From Felis catus (taxonomy: Eukaryota), in assembly GCF_018350175.1 (NCBI RefSeq), contig NC_058382.1:54686001-54750000 (forward strand): a DNA stretch of 64,000 nucleotides, given 5' to 3'. Shown one piece after another: positions 1 through 13,709 of the stretch (position 1 is its first letter; each line of letters begins with the position of its first letter). The translations under genes were made by a program, and so were the position numbers. Under the pieces are notes generated by a model that saw only the letters and a list, made by a program, of their open reading frames with translations, had not been told where the DNA came from and searched no databases.

Positions 1-2000
1 CGTGCTGAGAAATATTTGACAAATGAGCATATTTGTGAAAAGGCTTGCAAAACGGTAGCTGGATTTTTGGTGCCTGCCAAGAGTAAAGCCACCACCTGTC
101 TCTTCCATTGATTACGACAAGGCAAAATTCAAAAAGAAACTTGCTGAGGACTCTGAAAAGTAAACAACAGCAGACAGATTGGGGAGGAAAGCCCAGGCTT
201 TAAGAATTACTCGTAAAGATGGGACTTTCCTGTTTTGTGTCTTTTTTCTTTTTTAATCTCCTTTATATCTTGGCTTTGTCCCTAGGGTACCCTGCGTCAT
301 CGAACTGTACAATGAATGAAGAAAACAAAAACCCCAAGAGAAATCCCCTCTGTTTAGCCAATAGAACCAGGAAAAGAGACCCAGTGAGTCTGAGGGCACA
401 AAAAATAATACCTGGTTTTGTTTTGTGTCATTTCTCTTTTTTTCTCTTTTGGCCATGCCCTAGGCTGTTCTCCCTCTTGGAGCTGCACTGACATTGTAGG
501 GTGATGCAGACACCTAATTCCCAAGAGAAAACCCATCTTTGTATCCAGAGGAGCCGTGAAGAGAGATGTGTGGGAGCTGAAGATTGTGGGGGAGACCCTG
601 AAAATGAGAGATGTGGAGAGGAGGGCCCCCCACTTCCATGAACAACCCAGCACAAACTATGAGCTCACTCACATATTATGCACGTGCGAAGTAGAGCCAA
701 AGACACACAGCCAAGGCTTTGTTTGAGTCAGACTACAACATAACACCATCCTGAGTGTCCCATGAGCGGGGCCAACCCAAACAGGTTTGGAAACGACACC
801 AACATGGGAACCACCACTCACAGAAGGCAAGTCATAAAGTGTGGTCTGAACCTAACCGGGTGGGTTGCCTGCTAAAACAAAACAAAAATCTATTTTCAGA
901 GGATTTTAACTGGATCCAAAGTCTCAGAACCTACTATCAAAATGACCAGAATATAATCCAAAATTGCTTGATGATACACAAAGAATGAGGAAAATCTGAC
1001 CCAATCTCAAGTGAAAACATAATAGATGTCAGCTTTCAGGTGACTCAGGGGTTGGAATTATCAGACAGGCTTGAAATCAGCTATTTCAGCCATGCTCCAT
1101 GACATAAAAGTAAACCCTCTTTAAATGAATGGAAAGCCAGACATTCTAAGCAGAGAAACAGAAACTTTTTTTTTTAATGAAAATTTTAGAAATAAACAGT
1201 ATCTGAAATAAAAAATTCACTGGATGCTTGCAATAGCAGAATAGTGATGACAGAAAAAAAGTCAGTGAACTTGAACAAAGAGCAAGAGAAAGTATCCAAG
1301 CTGAAGAAAAGATAAATTGACATCTTAATAAAATATTAAATTTTTAAAAATGAGTAGAGCATCAGCAACCTGTGTGACAATATCAAAAAAGAAAGCAGTT
1401 GTGTCATGGGAGGACCAGTGAGAAGAGACAGATCTGTGTAGAAAAATACACTGAGGAAATAATGGGTGAAAACTTACCCAGTTTGGCAAAATACATACAT
1501 GTAAAGATTCAAGAAACTCCATGGATCCCCCACAAAAGGGGAAAAGTTAAAGAAAAACCATGCCCACACATACAGTAATAAAACTGAAAATCAAAGGTAA
1601 AGAAAAAAAAATCTCAAAACAAGCCTGAAAAATGACACATTGCATATAAAGAAAACAGTGATGTGACTGACTGTAGATTTCCCTTCAAAAGCATGGCAGT
1701 CAGGAGACAGTGACAACATCTTTAAATGTTGAAAGAAAAGAATTGTCAACACCTAATTCTACATCCAGCAAAAATGTCCTCCAGGAAGTGAAGCAAAATA
1801 AAGACGTTCTCAGGAATAAAGAAATCCTCTAAGAGAATTTGTTGCCAAAAAGTCTATAAAAGAAGGGTTTAAGGGAGTTTTTCTAGCAGAAAAGAAATGA
1901 TACCAGAGGGAAACTTTGAATTTCAAGGGTGAAGGAAGAGCACAAGTAATGGTAAATATTTTGGTAAATTCATAGACTGGTAACATTTTGGTAAATTCAG

Positions 2001-2136
2001 GCCCCTCGTTGGGCTCTGTGCTGACAGCTCAGAGCCTGGAGCCTGTTTTGGGTTCTGTGTCTCCCTCTCTCTGCCCCTCCCTGGCTTGTGCTTGCTCTTT
2101 CTCTCTCTCAAAAGTAAATAAACTAAAAAAAAAAAA

Positions 2137-2180
<44 letters not shown>
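2001..2180 (+). mobile_element. 5'-truncated Can-SINE with poly(A) and (GA)n tail
   Basis: GGGCTCTGTGCTGACAGCTCAGAGCCTGGAGCCTG, CT tract, A tail. Confidence 0.88.
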
Positions 2181-2185
<5 letters not shown>

Positions 2186-2624
2186 CAATATATGTAAATG
2201 TCCTACATATGAGAACTATAATATAGAGGAGGGTGAGCAAAGTAAAGCTTCAACATTTTAATGAAGTAAAATATGAACTCCATATAGACTGTGTAAGGTT
2301 GGATATGTATATTGTAATCCATGAAGAAACTACTAAAAAAGTAATAAAAAAATCTATAACCAAAAAAGCTGATAGATATGTTAAAATGGAATGCTAAAAA
2401 TATTCAAATAATCCAAAAGAAGGCAAGAGAGGAGAAGAACAGAGGGAAAATAAACAGAGGAGCAAACAGAAAACAAGAAAATAGTGGACCTAAATCCAAC
2501 TATATCAATAATTACATTACTTATAAATGATCCAAACACACCAATTATTGTGCCAGATGGGATTACAAAAAAAGTCTCAACCATAGACTGTCTATAAGAA
2601 GTCCACGTTAAATATAATGATAAG

Positions 2625-2850
2625 GGGGCACCTGGGTGGCTCAGTCAGTTAAAGCAGCTGATGCTTGGTTCCAGCTCAGGTCATGATCTCATGGTTCATG
2701 GGATTGAGCCCTGCATTGGGCTCTGCACCGACAACACAAAGCCTGCTTGGGATTCTCTCTCTCCGATTCTCTACCCCCTTCTCTCTCTCCCTGCTCATGT
2801 TCTCACCCTCACTCTCTCTCTCAAAATAAATAAATAAACTTAAAAAAAAA
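2625..2850 (+). mobile_element. Can-SINE
   Basis: GGGGCACCTGGGTGGCTCAG head, CT tract, AATAAA/poly-A tail. Confidence 0.9.
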
Positions 2851-4474
2851 TTTAATAAATATAATGACATGGATAGGTCAAAAATAAAAGTATAAAAGTT
2901 TCACCAGCAAACACTAATCAAGAGGACGCTGGAGTAGGCTCTACTAATAACAGACCACGTGGATTTCAGAACAAGAAAACACTAACTCTTTTCAGTCACG
3001 GGAAGGATGGTTTTGAATAGCAAAATCTGGGCTGTTTTTCAGGGATCTTGCTGGGAAAAGCGACTCATTCCATTCCTTGAGCTCTCCTGCCAACTCAAAG
3101 TGCTCAGGAACGAAAGGCAGAGCAACGGACTTTTCCTGATTTGTCTCCCAGTGATCTCACTGGAGGCAGAAGACAGCAAAGTGCTTTTAGAAACTGCTGC
3201 CAACAAAGGGAAGATCTGCTCGGAGTACAAAGCAATGGAGGCAACAACCTAACATTTTTTGATGATCCTCCGAGCCAGCAGTGCCATTCCTGGGTGCAAA
3301 CCCAACAGAAATGCAGCAAAGACATGCGCTCCAATGTTCACAGCCACATAGTTTGTAATCGTCCAAAGGGGAAACCACCCAAAAGGACTACCGGCCCTAG
3401 AAAGGAATAAGTAAAGCAAGGAATATCCATGTGATGGAATGTTCTACAGAAATGAGAACAAAGAAGGCACAGTTATACACAACAATATGGATACATCTCA
3501 AAAATGTACTGTTGAGAAGTCAGGCACAAAAGAGAATACACTTTATGATTCCATTTATAGAAGTTTCGAACGGGTCACATTGATCGACAATGGTAGAAAT
3601 TGGTAGATTTGGGGGCCCCGGGAGGACTCTCGGGAGACTGGTCATATTTTGTTTCTTGATCTGAGTACGAGTTACATGGGTGCAGACATTTCACTTTGTA
3701 GAAGTTAACTGAGTTGTATCTTTTTGTGCAGTTTTTTGTACCTATTTATGCCTCAATAAAAAGTGTAAAACTTAGTCTAAGACACTGCCACTCGCTGATT
3801 TGCACATGCTGCTTTGATCGTTTACATTAATGGGATGTGGCTTTTCTTTAAAAAGAAAGAAAATGGGGAAGAGAGCTCACATTTTTTATCTTTGCTCAGA
3901 ACGTCCAATTGTTCAGAATACCAAGGTCTGTACCATTTTGTTAATGTCACTCGCAAGTTGCTAGCTGGCTTGGTGGATAAAGCCACCTGACCAAATTGGG
4001 CAGTGTGGCAGAATGGAAAGGGTAGAAAGCCGGAAGTGAGGTCTCCAGAGCTCCGTCAGTCACCTGTGTAACCTAATGACTCAAGCACTCTGAGTCTCAG
4101 CTCCCTTGTCCATACAGTGAGGTGAGAGCCATTCCTGGCTGGGTCGTTGTGAGGTTTAAAGGAGACCATGGCTGAGTAAGTACCTAGTATGTGGTAGGCT
4201 CAAATATTGTGGGGTTTTGTGTATGTATGTGTGTATAATAGGATGGCATTTATGCCACTTAGCCTCTTAAAAATAAAAGTAGTATATACTTCTGTAATAT
4301 TAACATAATGGCAACAATTACCCATTTTTAAGAATCAACTCTGTGCCAATTATTTTCTTCTTTGTAGTCCCATTTAGCCCTTAAAATTACCCAGTGACTA
4401 TTAGTAACTCTTGCAACAGTATTAACAATCACAGATCATGTAGCCACATGGCCTAAATATTCTTAAGTATCCTC

Positions 4475-4670
4475 TGTAGTGGATGTGAGTCACCCAGATT
4501 CTGCACTTCAAGGCCGAGGTCTGCCCCTCCCCAGCACTCTGGTGTGTTAGTGGCCAAGGCCTCACAGATGAATCCATCTCCAGGAATTCCCCTTGGCCAA
4601 AGGGAGCAGCCTCCCCCCCCTCCTCCCCTGCAGGGTGCCTTCCTGCATCCCATGGCTGCTCTGTGCCAGA
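4475..4670 (+). mobile_element. Old ERVL-type LTR fragment (LTR33/LTR16-like)
   Basis: Begins TGTAGTGGATGTGAGTCACCCAGATTC, resembling the recalled family 5' end. Confidence 0.45.
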
Positions 4671-5269
4671 GCGCTGAGGTTCCACTCTCTTGCCTCAGTC
4701 CCGTCAGGTCCCGGCTCTAGAGTTCTCTGTGGGGATGGGAAGGGCCTGTGTTGCTAGTGCATCCCATTGTACCTTCTGCCCCTGCTCCATCCTGGAACCT
4801 CCCTCCCCCGGGAAACCTGCTGTACCCCAAATCAGTTTCCTGGTGCCCAACCTACATGTTCTCCTAAAAACAATTTCTCCAAACTGGCTGGCATATCAAG
4901 GCTCTTTATCAGCAGACTCCTTTTGAGTTTTCCAGCAGCATCTTTCATTTTCCCCCACATACCCCGAACTCCTGCTGTAACGCGAGGTGCTCGCAGTTAC
5001 CTGAGGAGGCCACGCCCCTTCACATCCCTGTTGTCCCTTTCTCTACCTCCATAGCTCCTGCCTGGTTCCCCCGAAAGACTTCAGTCCTTTATGACCATAA
5101 CCTTACACATAATTCCTCTGAGCTTCCCAACATCCTGTGTACATCTAGGTCCCTCTGAATTTTGTTCTGTCTTACGGAATACCGATTTCCAGGGAAGCGG
5201 CCCCTCCAGATTCAGCTACGTGTGGAGGCAGCTCTGAATAGACCCCAAAATGACGGCAATCCCCTGATC

Positions 5270-5288
5270 TGTCGGTAGGTGGCGCTGA
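5270..5288 (+). promoter_or_regulatory. Candidate CTCF site in PKD1L2 intron 5
   Basis: TGTCGGTAGGTGGCGCTGA is close to the CTCF core consensus CCRSYAGRKGGCRS (one mismatch). Confidence 0.55.
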
Positions 5289-6829
5289 GACACCCAACGC
5301 TGGACAAGGACAAATTTCACCTTCTCAAATTGGTCCAGGAGGCACACAATAAATTACAGAAACGTATAAAGTTTCCTACAACAAACAGTAAAGCAAAACA
5401 GCTTGACATTCAAATGAACACAATGCATCGGGAGTGCAAGGCAAGAAGAATCTAAAGGAGAAATCCTTTGACTTTATTATGTTGTTTCTATTTCAGATCG
5501 GATTCCCCATTAGCTCATGTTGTTGGTCTGCAGTAGAGATGAAGTGGCCCATTTAGGTCTTAGCTTATCACGACTTAAGCAAAAGTAGGATGCCGTACAA
5601 ACACATAAAAGCACAGCGACATTCACGCAAGGTATGTGAACTTAAAATTCATGCCATTTTTAATATTCTAGGTTGAGTGCTGAGGCTGCTATTGCTGATC
5701 AGGAAGCATCGGAAATGGATCTCCCAAAGTTAACCAAAATGACAGAAGAAGCTGAGTATTTTGGCCTCACCATCCAGAGTTGACTAATACTAGCATTTTG
5801 TCTCATTTGCTCCAATTTGTAGCGACTGTTTGTTTGTTTATTACTGGAATGTCTTTGTGTAACTAAAGGTCTTAGCAGGGCTACCGACAGTCAGTCGATT
5901 TTGACGAATGCCAAATGCAAGTTGTTTAAAATTTGGGGGCCGGATTGTATAGCTTAGCATTTGCTGTTTTTTCATTGCCGTGGTAGCAAGCAGGAAGAAA
6001 CCTGCACCACAAGGTCATGGGTATTTGTATCACTTTTGTAACATTTTGTAACATTTCCCCCAAAGCATCTTCACATGTAATTTCTCATTTTACTCCACGA
6101 AACAAGGCAGCCACCAATATTAATGCGACAGGGAAGGGAACAGAAACCCAAGACCAGAAATTGTCTCACACACGTTAGCAGCAGCTGGGATTAGAACCTG
6201 AGCTCCTGGACATGCCATTTTATATGGCGGCACAGCACAATGTCTGAGGCCTCAGAGGACTGTTGAGTGTGAAACTTTCCCTCACTGGGGCAGAATTGGG
6301 CCAGGGACAGGGCTGGCCCCTCTTGGCCCCACCCCAGCCAGGGCTTCCAGCAATGCTGAGCATGCACAGGACTGGGTTCAGAACCTCTAGCTCCCCACAG
6401 GGTAGAACTGCAGATGTTTAGGGTTAGGAAAGGGGCTTACGAGCCTCCATTATTTCCCTGGGGATTCATGTTGAACTGAAGACCCCTGTAAGAAGCCCCC
6501 AACCCACTGAGGATCTGGAAATTCTGGATCATTCTGGGGGCACCCAGCAGAGCAGAATGGAGCTTACCCCAGGCCCAGTAGGACTTGGAAATGTTATGAA
6601 TTGAGTTCAGCTGCCATCAGGCTGGGGCGGTTCGGCTGTCCTAGAGGATGCAGAGTATAGTGCCTTCATGCCATGTAATCTGCCAGGGGCTTGAGGGCCT
6701 CAGCTTTTATGCCAGACAGTCCTGGCTTGTGTCACCATGTTGCCACTCACAAGCTGTGTGTCTTGGGCGCTGCCACTATACCTCTCTGAGCCTCAGCTGC
6801 TTTGTCCATGAAAACAAAATAACAGTTAC

Positions 6830-7160
6830 CTAGCTCGACACTGTCCAATAGAAATACAGTGTGAGCCACCCATGGGTATGTTCTAAGAGCCACATTGAAA
6901 CATTAATACATAAAATTAATTTTAATAATTTATTTTCTTTAACCCAATATATCCAAAATACTTTCATTTCAACATGTAATCAATATTTAAAAATTAGTGA
7001 GATAGTTTATGTCTTTTAGGAGAGGTTGGTGAGGGGCGGATGAAATCTTCAAAATCCCACATGTGTTTTAATTAACAGCATATCTTAAGACCTGCCACAT
7101 TTCAAGTGCCCAATAGCTCATGTGGCAAGTGGCTGTTCTGCCGGATAGCATAGATCTAGT
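6830..7160. mobile_element. hAT-Charlie MITE (MER3/MER33-like)
   Basis: CTGTCCAATAGAAATA...GAGCCAC start and ATTTCAAGTGCCCAATAGCTCATGTGGC...GGATAGCA end. Confidence 0.7.
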
Positions 7161-7374
7161 TGATAGGGTTTGTAGTGAGGATTAAATGAGATTATATGTG
7201 AAAGCTGCTTGGCTGGACTGTTATGAATATTGCTACTATTATTTTTTATTATTCTTGCCAACAGAAAACATTCCCACATCCATGCGAACATCTTTTTCAC
7301 ATCATTACCAACTCCTTGGACAGTGACCCAGGAGAGATTCTACACAGAGCGAAGCCATAAGGACCCAGCTCTTC

Positions 7375-7867
7375 AAGACTGTTCATGTGGCCTCCATAGT
7401 GAGAAAACCTGTGCATGCCATTTCTGTACGTATGCCCCTTTGTACTGTGGCTCTGCCATTTCTGCCATCAACAGGTGGAGTCTGTTTCTCCACCTGTTGA
7501 GCCTGGGTGTGGCCATGGAACTTGCTTTGGCCAATGAGACATTAGAAAATGTGATACAAGTAGAGATTTTAAAAATGCTTGCACAGTAGGCCTTGTTCTC
7601 AGTTGCTGCTAGAAACCCTCTGCCACCATGCCAGTGAGGCTAGACTAGCCTGTTGGGTGATTATTATGCAATACATGCCCCTAGCCAACACTCAGCTGAC
7701 CACCAGACATATACGTGAGGACTTCTGAGGCCATCCGCCCCCAGCAAGGCTGGCCCAGATAAGCAAAGCCACCTAGCTGACCCAAAGAACCATGAGGAAT
7801 AATAAATATTATTGTAAGCTACTAAGTTTGGGGATGTTTTGTTATGCAGCAGAAGCTGACTGATACA
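7375..7867 (+). mobile_element. MaLR LTR (MLT1-type)
   Basis: Typical 3' end AAGCTACTAAGTTTGGGGATGTTTTGTTATGCAGCAGAAGCTGACTGATACA, ending about 30 bp from the PKD1L2 exon 5 donor. Confidence 0.7.
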
Positions 7868-7897
7868 TCCTGACTCAAGGCTCAGAGATTCCTCTTA

Positions 7898-8053
<156 letters not shown>

Positions 8054-8179
8054 TCAAAAAGGAAAATGCTATATGCCATCACAAAGCAAAATTGCATGCT
8101 TCTGTTTAAAACATACTCTCTTCTATCCACCTGTCCTTTATCTTTAGGTGGGGCTTTTAAAATTTTTATAATTTTATTT

Positions 8180-8395
8180 TTACTTTTTTTAATGTTTATT
8201 TATTTTTGAAAAAGAGAGAGAGAGAGAGGCAGGAGAGGGGAGGGGCAGAGAAAGAGGGAGACACAGAAGCTGAAGCAGGCTCCAGGCTCTGAACAGTCAG
8301 TACAGAGCCCGACGTGGGGCTCGAACCCATAAACTATGAAATCATAACCTGAGCCAAAGTTGGACGCTTAAATGACTGAGCCACCCAGGCACCCC
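8180..8395 (-). mobile_element. Can-SINE
   Basis: Reverse-complement head (CTGAGCCACCCAGGCACCCC), GA tract and poly-T. Confidence 0.9.
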
Positions 8396-8721
8396 TGTTT
8401 TTACTTTTTAAAGTTCTTTTAAATTTTATCTTTCGTTCATAGGTAATACATGCCAAGGTACAGAATTTGAAATGTATAAAGGGTATAGAGTGAGAAGAAA
8501 GCCTCCCTCCCCTGTCATCCTGCAGTGTCCCCAGAGGCAATCATTGTTACCAGTATCCAGGGTCACCTTCCAGAGATACCTACACATTCTAAGACATACA
8601 TACTTTTCTGTTCTTACAAATGGTTCATGCTGTGTTCACTATTTGGCATCTTCCTTTTTTTTTTTTTTTTCACCTAGTATATGTTGGAGATGGTTCTGTA
8701 TGAACTCAGAAGTGCCTTGTT

Positions 8722-8949
8722 CTTTTTTTTTTTTTTTTAATTTTTTAACGTTTATTTGTTTTTGAGAGAGATAGACAGAGCGTGAGCAGGAAAAGGGCAG
8801 AGAGAGAGAGAGGGAGACACAGAATCCGAAGCAGGTTCCAAGCTCTGAGCTGTCAGCACAGAGCCCCATGTGGGGCTCGAACCCACGAACTGTGAGATCA
8901 TGACCTGAGCTGAAGTCACACACCCCACCAACTGAGCCACCCAGGTGCC
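8722..8949 (-). mobile_element. Can-SINE with TSD
   Basis: Flanked on both sides by TGCCTTGTTCTTTTT. Confidence 0.92.
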
Positions 8950-10414
8950 TTTGCCTTGTTCTTTTTAATAGTTGCACAATGTACTCTAATTTATTTAACC
9001 AGGATTCTATTGATTGTCTAAATGTATTTCATCATGTTTAAAAAGACCAAAAAGCCAAGCACCTTTAGGAGGATCTACTTGGCTAAGGTGGCCAAAAATT
9101 CATCGTAAGCCATTTCGTGCACATTACATTTTACAAAACCTGAGCTTTCAAAACTGTTATGGAGGATGGGGAGGGGCATAGAATTTGCTGAGGCTTCCCA
9201 CAGCCCCCGGCTAATTTGCGCAGCAGAATCTTTCAGCTTCTGAGCACAAATGAAGAAGGAAAAGATAGAAGAAGCTGAATGCACATCAAAAGGACTTTCC
9301 AGAGCTAGTCGGAAAGTCTTCGTGGTCCTGATTTATAGCTGCCTGAGGACACGCAGACAGCAGCGAGGCCTTTCTGGGCACTGTGGTGGTGGGGGGGGGG
9401 GGGGCGGGGGGGCACGGGGTGGGGGGACTGCCGGATAGAATCTCTCCCTTTACAAGTCAGAAACACTGTGATTAGAGCACACTGGTTCACATGGGGGCAG
9501 GATATTTGAAATCAAAATTGGGGCAGAAAATTTGGTCCGGGGTCACCAGACCAATACACCCCCTGGCCTAAGCGATGCATTTGTCCAATGACAGCCACAC
9601 TGAGACTGGCAGGTCTCCAAAGGGCACCCTTTGTCCATTAGCAAAACCACCAACCGGAAAGCACTGCCAAAACACGTGGCCTCTTCTTCCCAGAAAGTAG
9701 AATGAAGACGTCCCGCTCCCTCTTACTCCACCCAGGCATCTCCAAGACACTAATGGCGCTGGTGAAACTTGTCCCCTTCTCTCTGTAGTACCCCCCCTTC
9801 TACACCCACGGACCCTGCTGTCCTGGATCGTCCCTGGGGACCCCAACATTCCCTGACTCGCTCTTCCCCTTATGAGCTCCCTGCACCATCATTCATGTTC
9901 TCGGTGGAAAGTGTGTTGTGACCGATTCCCTGGACGGTGGCAGAACGTTGCCTTAGGGGGAAGCAGAGCTCTCATACACGGTTAGTAGGCGTGCAAATCA
10001 GCGCGGCCCCTTTGGAGTGTAATTTAGCAGCATCTTTGAACATTTAAGCTGCACATACCCTGTGACCCAGCATTCCCTGTACTAGGGACCTCTCCTCTAA
10101 ACAGAATCCGGCACATGTCAAGATATACGCACGAGAATGAGTGCTGCAGGGTGCACCTAACAACAGAAAATCTAAGCAGCCTAAATGTCCGTCAACAGGG
10201 GACTGGTTCAATAAATTTTGACATGATCTTATGATGGGATGCTATGCAGTCATTAAAAGAATAAGGTAGTGACTGGGAGAGATGTCCAGAATATATTATT
10301 AAGTAAAAAAAAAAAAAAATTGAGCTGTAAACTAATATGTTTTAAATGATTATAACTTATGTATATACACTCATACACAGCCATGTCTGAAAACAGTTTA
10401 AAAAGCAGGGAAGA

Positions 10415-10629
10415 GGGGCACCCAGGTGGCCTAGTCACTTAAACATCCAGCTCTTATCTCGGCTCAGGTCACGATCTCACGTTTCATGAGATCAAGTCCC
10501 ATGTTGGGCTCTGTGCTGACAGCTCGGAGCCTGCTTGGCATTCTCTCTCTCCCCCCCTCTCTCTCTACCCCTTCCCCACTCATTCTCTCTCTTTGTCCCT
10601 CTCATAAATAAATAAACATTAAAAAAAAT
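10415..10629 (+). mobile_element. Can-SINE nested in an old L1 3' end (about 9985-10790)
   Basis: SINE head and tail, TSD-like AA(A/G)AGCAGGGAAGA. Confidence 0.88.
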
Positions 10630-10888
10630 CAAGAGCAGGGAAGAACTTACAGTAAACATTTAGCAGTGGTTTCCTTAGGAGGAGTAGGACCGGAGAATTG
10701 AAGGGAGGAATTCTTCTTTCTTGATTTATGACAGTTTTATAAATTGTGATTATACATGTTACTTTTAGATCTTTCAAGTTTTTAAAAGTTCATGTGTGAT
10801 CTAAAATGCAGCCTACGGGCAGGGCAGGGCGGTGGCCCAGGTGGGTGTGGGGTCGGGGAGTGAGACATCTTTTGGCTTTCTTCTGTCA

Positions 10889-11332
<444 letters not shown>

Positions 11333-11483
11333 TCAGACAGAGATGAATGGCCTCTCATTCATTCATTCACCCACCTTCCACCCCACAAATATCTGCTGGT
11401 GTCCACTGAAGACCAGGCAGGGGCCGAGGTCCTAGGGGGAGAGAGAAGTAGGATTCTTTCCCTCGAGCAGCTCAGGGGCCGGC

Positions 11484-11930
11484 ACAGGGGTTCTCAAATC
11501 TTAGAATATGCCAGAATCTTCTGGAAGGCTCTGGAAGATAGAGATTTCCAGGTCTCACCCCCAGTGCTTCTGATTCAGTGGGTGTAGATGTCAGTTTAAG
11601 AATTTCCTTAGAATTTCCAGGGGCACCTGGGTGGCTCAGTTGGTTAAGCATCTGACTTCAGCTCAGGTCATGATCTCACAGTTAGTGAGTTCAAGCCCCA
11701 AATCGGTCTTACTGCTGTCAATATAGAGCCTGATTCAGATCCTCTGTCCCCCTTTCTCTGCCTGTCCCCTGCTGACTGACACACTCTATCTCTCTCTCTC
11801 TCTTTCCTTCCCTCACTCCCTCCCTCTCTCAAAAATGAGTAAACATTTATAAAAAACTGTTTACTTTTCGAACAAGCTCCCAAGTGATGTTGATGCTGCT
11901 GGCCCTGGCACCCCACTTTGAGAACCACTG
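11484..11930. mobile_element. MER5-like hAT MITE interrupted by a plus-strand Can-SINE (about 11620-11856)
   Basis: Terminal inverted repeats CAGGGGTTCTCAAA ... TTTGAGAACCACTG. Confidence 0.8.
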
Positions 11931-13571
11931 GTTCAGTAGCATCCAGTCACATGGCCTGAAGTAGGAACTTTGGTCCTGAGAACTGGCAAAGAAGGAAAAG
12001 ATGAGGAATCCCGTCCAGGTGCCCACAGGAAGGAGAAGTGTGGAGAGCCCAGGCCAGAAACTTCAGGTCACCTGCCGTCTCTCCTTCCTGCCCATGCAGA
12101 TGAGTTACATGCCTACACAGAAACCTGGGAGGAGCGACAGGTGGGTGAGGTGCCCCAGGATGTAGGAATGAGTTCCCATTTCCTGCTGGCTGTCAGCTGG
12201 ATCCGCCCTTAGCTCTTAGAGGCCATTTTCCAGTCCTTGCGCGTGGCCCTCCATTGTTATCTCAGAGCCAGCAGTAGGGTATCAGACCTGTCTCACACTT
12301 AAACTCTGATTTCTCCATTGGCCACATCTCTTTTCTGCCTTTGGCCAGAGAAGGTTCTTTGCTTTTAACGGATCATGTGGTTAAATTGTGCCCACTTGGA
12401 TAATCCAGATTAGGAACTACATCTGCAAAGCCCCTTTGCCATGCAAATTAACACATTCACAGGCAAGGTATCTCATCACACCCAGAGCCCCAGGGATTAG
12501 GATGGCAAATCTTGGGGGCCATACTTCTGCCTTCCCCAGACAGGAAGACATAAGAGGGCAGAGGGCTTTTTATCCTGTGTTTTCATCCTCTCTCTGACTG
12601 CAGCTCCCTCTGAATAGGCCCTCCCTCATGGACCTCGCTCCCACAGGGCAGCCTCCACCATGATTCTAGCACTTGTGGGATGGCCCTCACTTCTGGTTTT
12701 GGTGAGACCATCCACTCAGGTTGTCCCTCTGGCCCTTAGGGGTAGTGGTGACTTTCTGTGGCTGCTTGTGTCAGGGTGGTATCATTATCCCCTGTTTGAC
12801 TTCTCAGCACTTCCATGACTGGGCAACCAGCTCCCTGCATTAAATTCCCTCTGTTGAAAGACCTAACATGATTTCTGTTTTCCTAATGGGACTCAGCTTG
12901 ATATACCCCTCAGAGTTCTTTGCCCCTACTATGTGCATCCACAGCCGTATACTTCACCGTCCAAGAGAATAGGAGCATTTTGTTTTGTTTTTGTTCACTG
13001 CTGTATCTCCAGCACACAGAACAGTACCCAGCACCTAGCAGGTACAAAATGAGTTTTGCATGAGTAAATCCAAAGCACCTTTGCTCTCCTCTGTTATGGC
13101 ATGGAGCACAGTGCTAGGCCGTTGCTTGTATTCATTATCTGTCTCCCCATTAGACTGCAAGCTCTTTGAAAAACAAACTGTTTGATTCATCCCTTTATCC
13201 ACAGAGCCCAGGATAGAGCATGGCATGAGATTGGGCTGAACGAATGTTTACTGACCAACTGGCTGAATGAATGAGTGAGCCTGCCACTTAGATACAAATG
13301 GATCCCCCCAGACCCTGCCCACATCTGTTCCTCTGACCTCTCCCAAGAGGATGCAGGGTTCCCCTCCAATTGCTCTCGGGTGTGTGGCTGCAAGGTTTGG
13401 AAACTTGCATCTGGGCCTTTGGGGAAATAGACCACTCAGCCCCCTCCACGCCTCCATGAGGGAGGCACACCTGTCAGCCCATCCAGCCCAGGCCTTTCCC
13501 GCTCAGAGGGGCCACAGCCTCAGGAAGGCCAGAGCAACAAGGAGAGTGAATGGGAGTCACATGGCTGATGT

Positions 13572-13709
13572 CAGTATTTCCTTCCCCCACACCTGCCCTG
13601 GGGGGCCAGGGACAATGCAGGCCAGATGTGGTGGGGAGAACAGTATTTCCTTCCCCCACACCTGCTCCCAGGGGACCAGGGACAGTGCAGGCCAGACGTG
13701 GGGGGAGAA
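13572..13709. repeat. Two-copy tandem repeat with a 69-bp period
   Basis: CAGTATTTCCTTCCCCCACACCTGC...CCAGGGACA(A/G)TGCAGGCCAGA(T/C)GTGG..GGGGAGAA starting at 13572 and 13641. Confidence 0.9.

Larger units (their letters stand above)
150..3770 (+). mobile_element. Old, degraded L1 (L1M-type) remnants with nested SINEs
   Basis: A-rich ORF1-like segments (about 940-1920), ORF2 endonuclease-like segments (about 2480-2980) and an L1M 3'-end-like segment (about 3260-3770) ending in AATAAA. No open frame. It may be more than one element. Confidence 0.7.

Noticed and set aside
3785..3810. Minus-strand TGCAAATCAGCGAGTGG resembling the expected PKD1L2 exon 6 peptide CTTSEW
   Set aside because: Frame does not fit, no flanking similarity or splice sites. 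Exon 6 probably lies left of the window.
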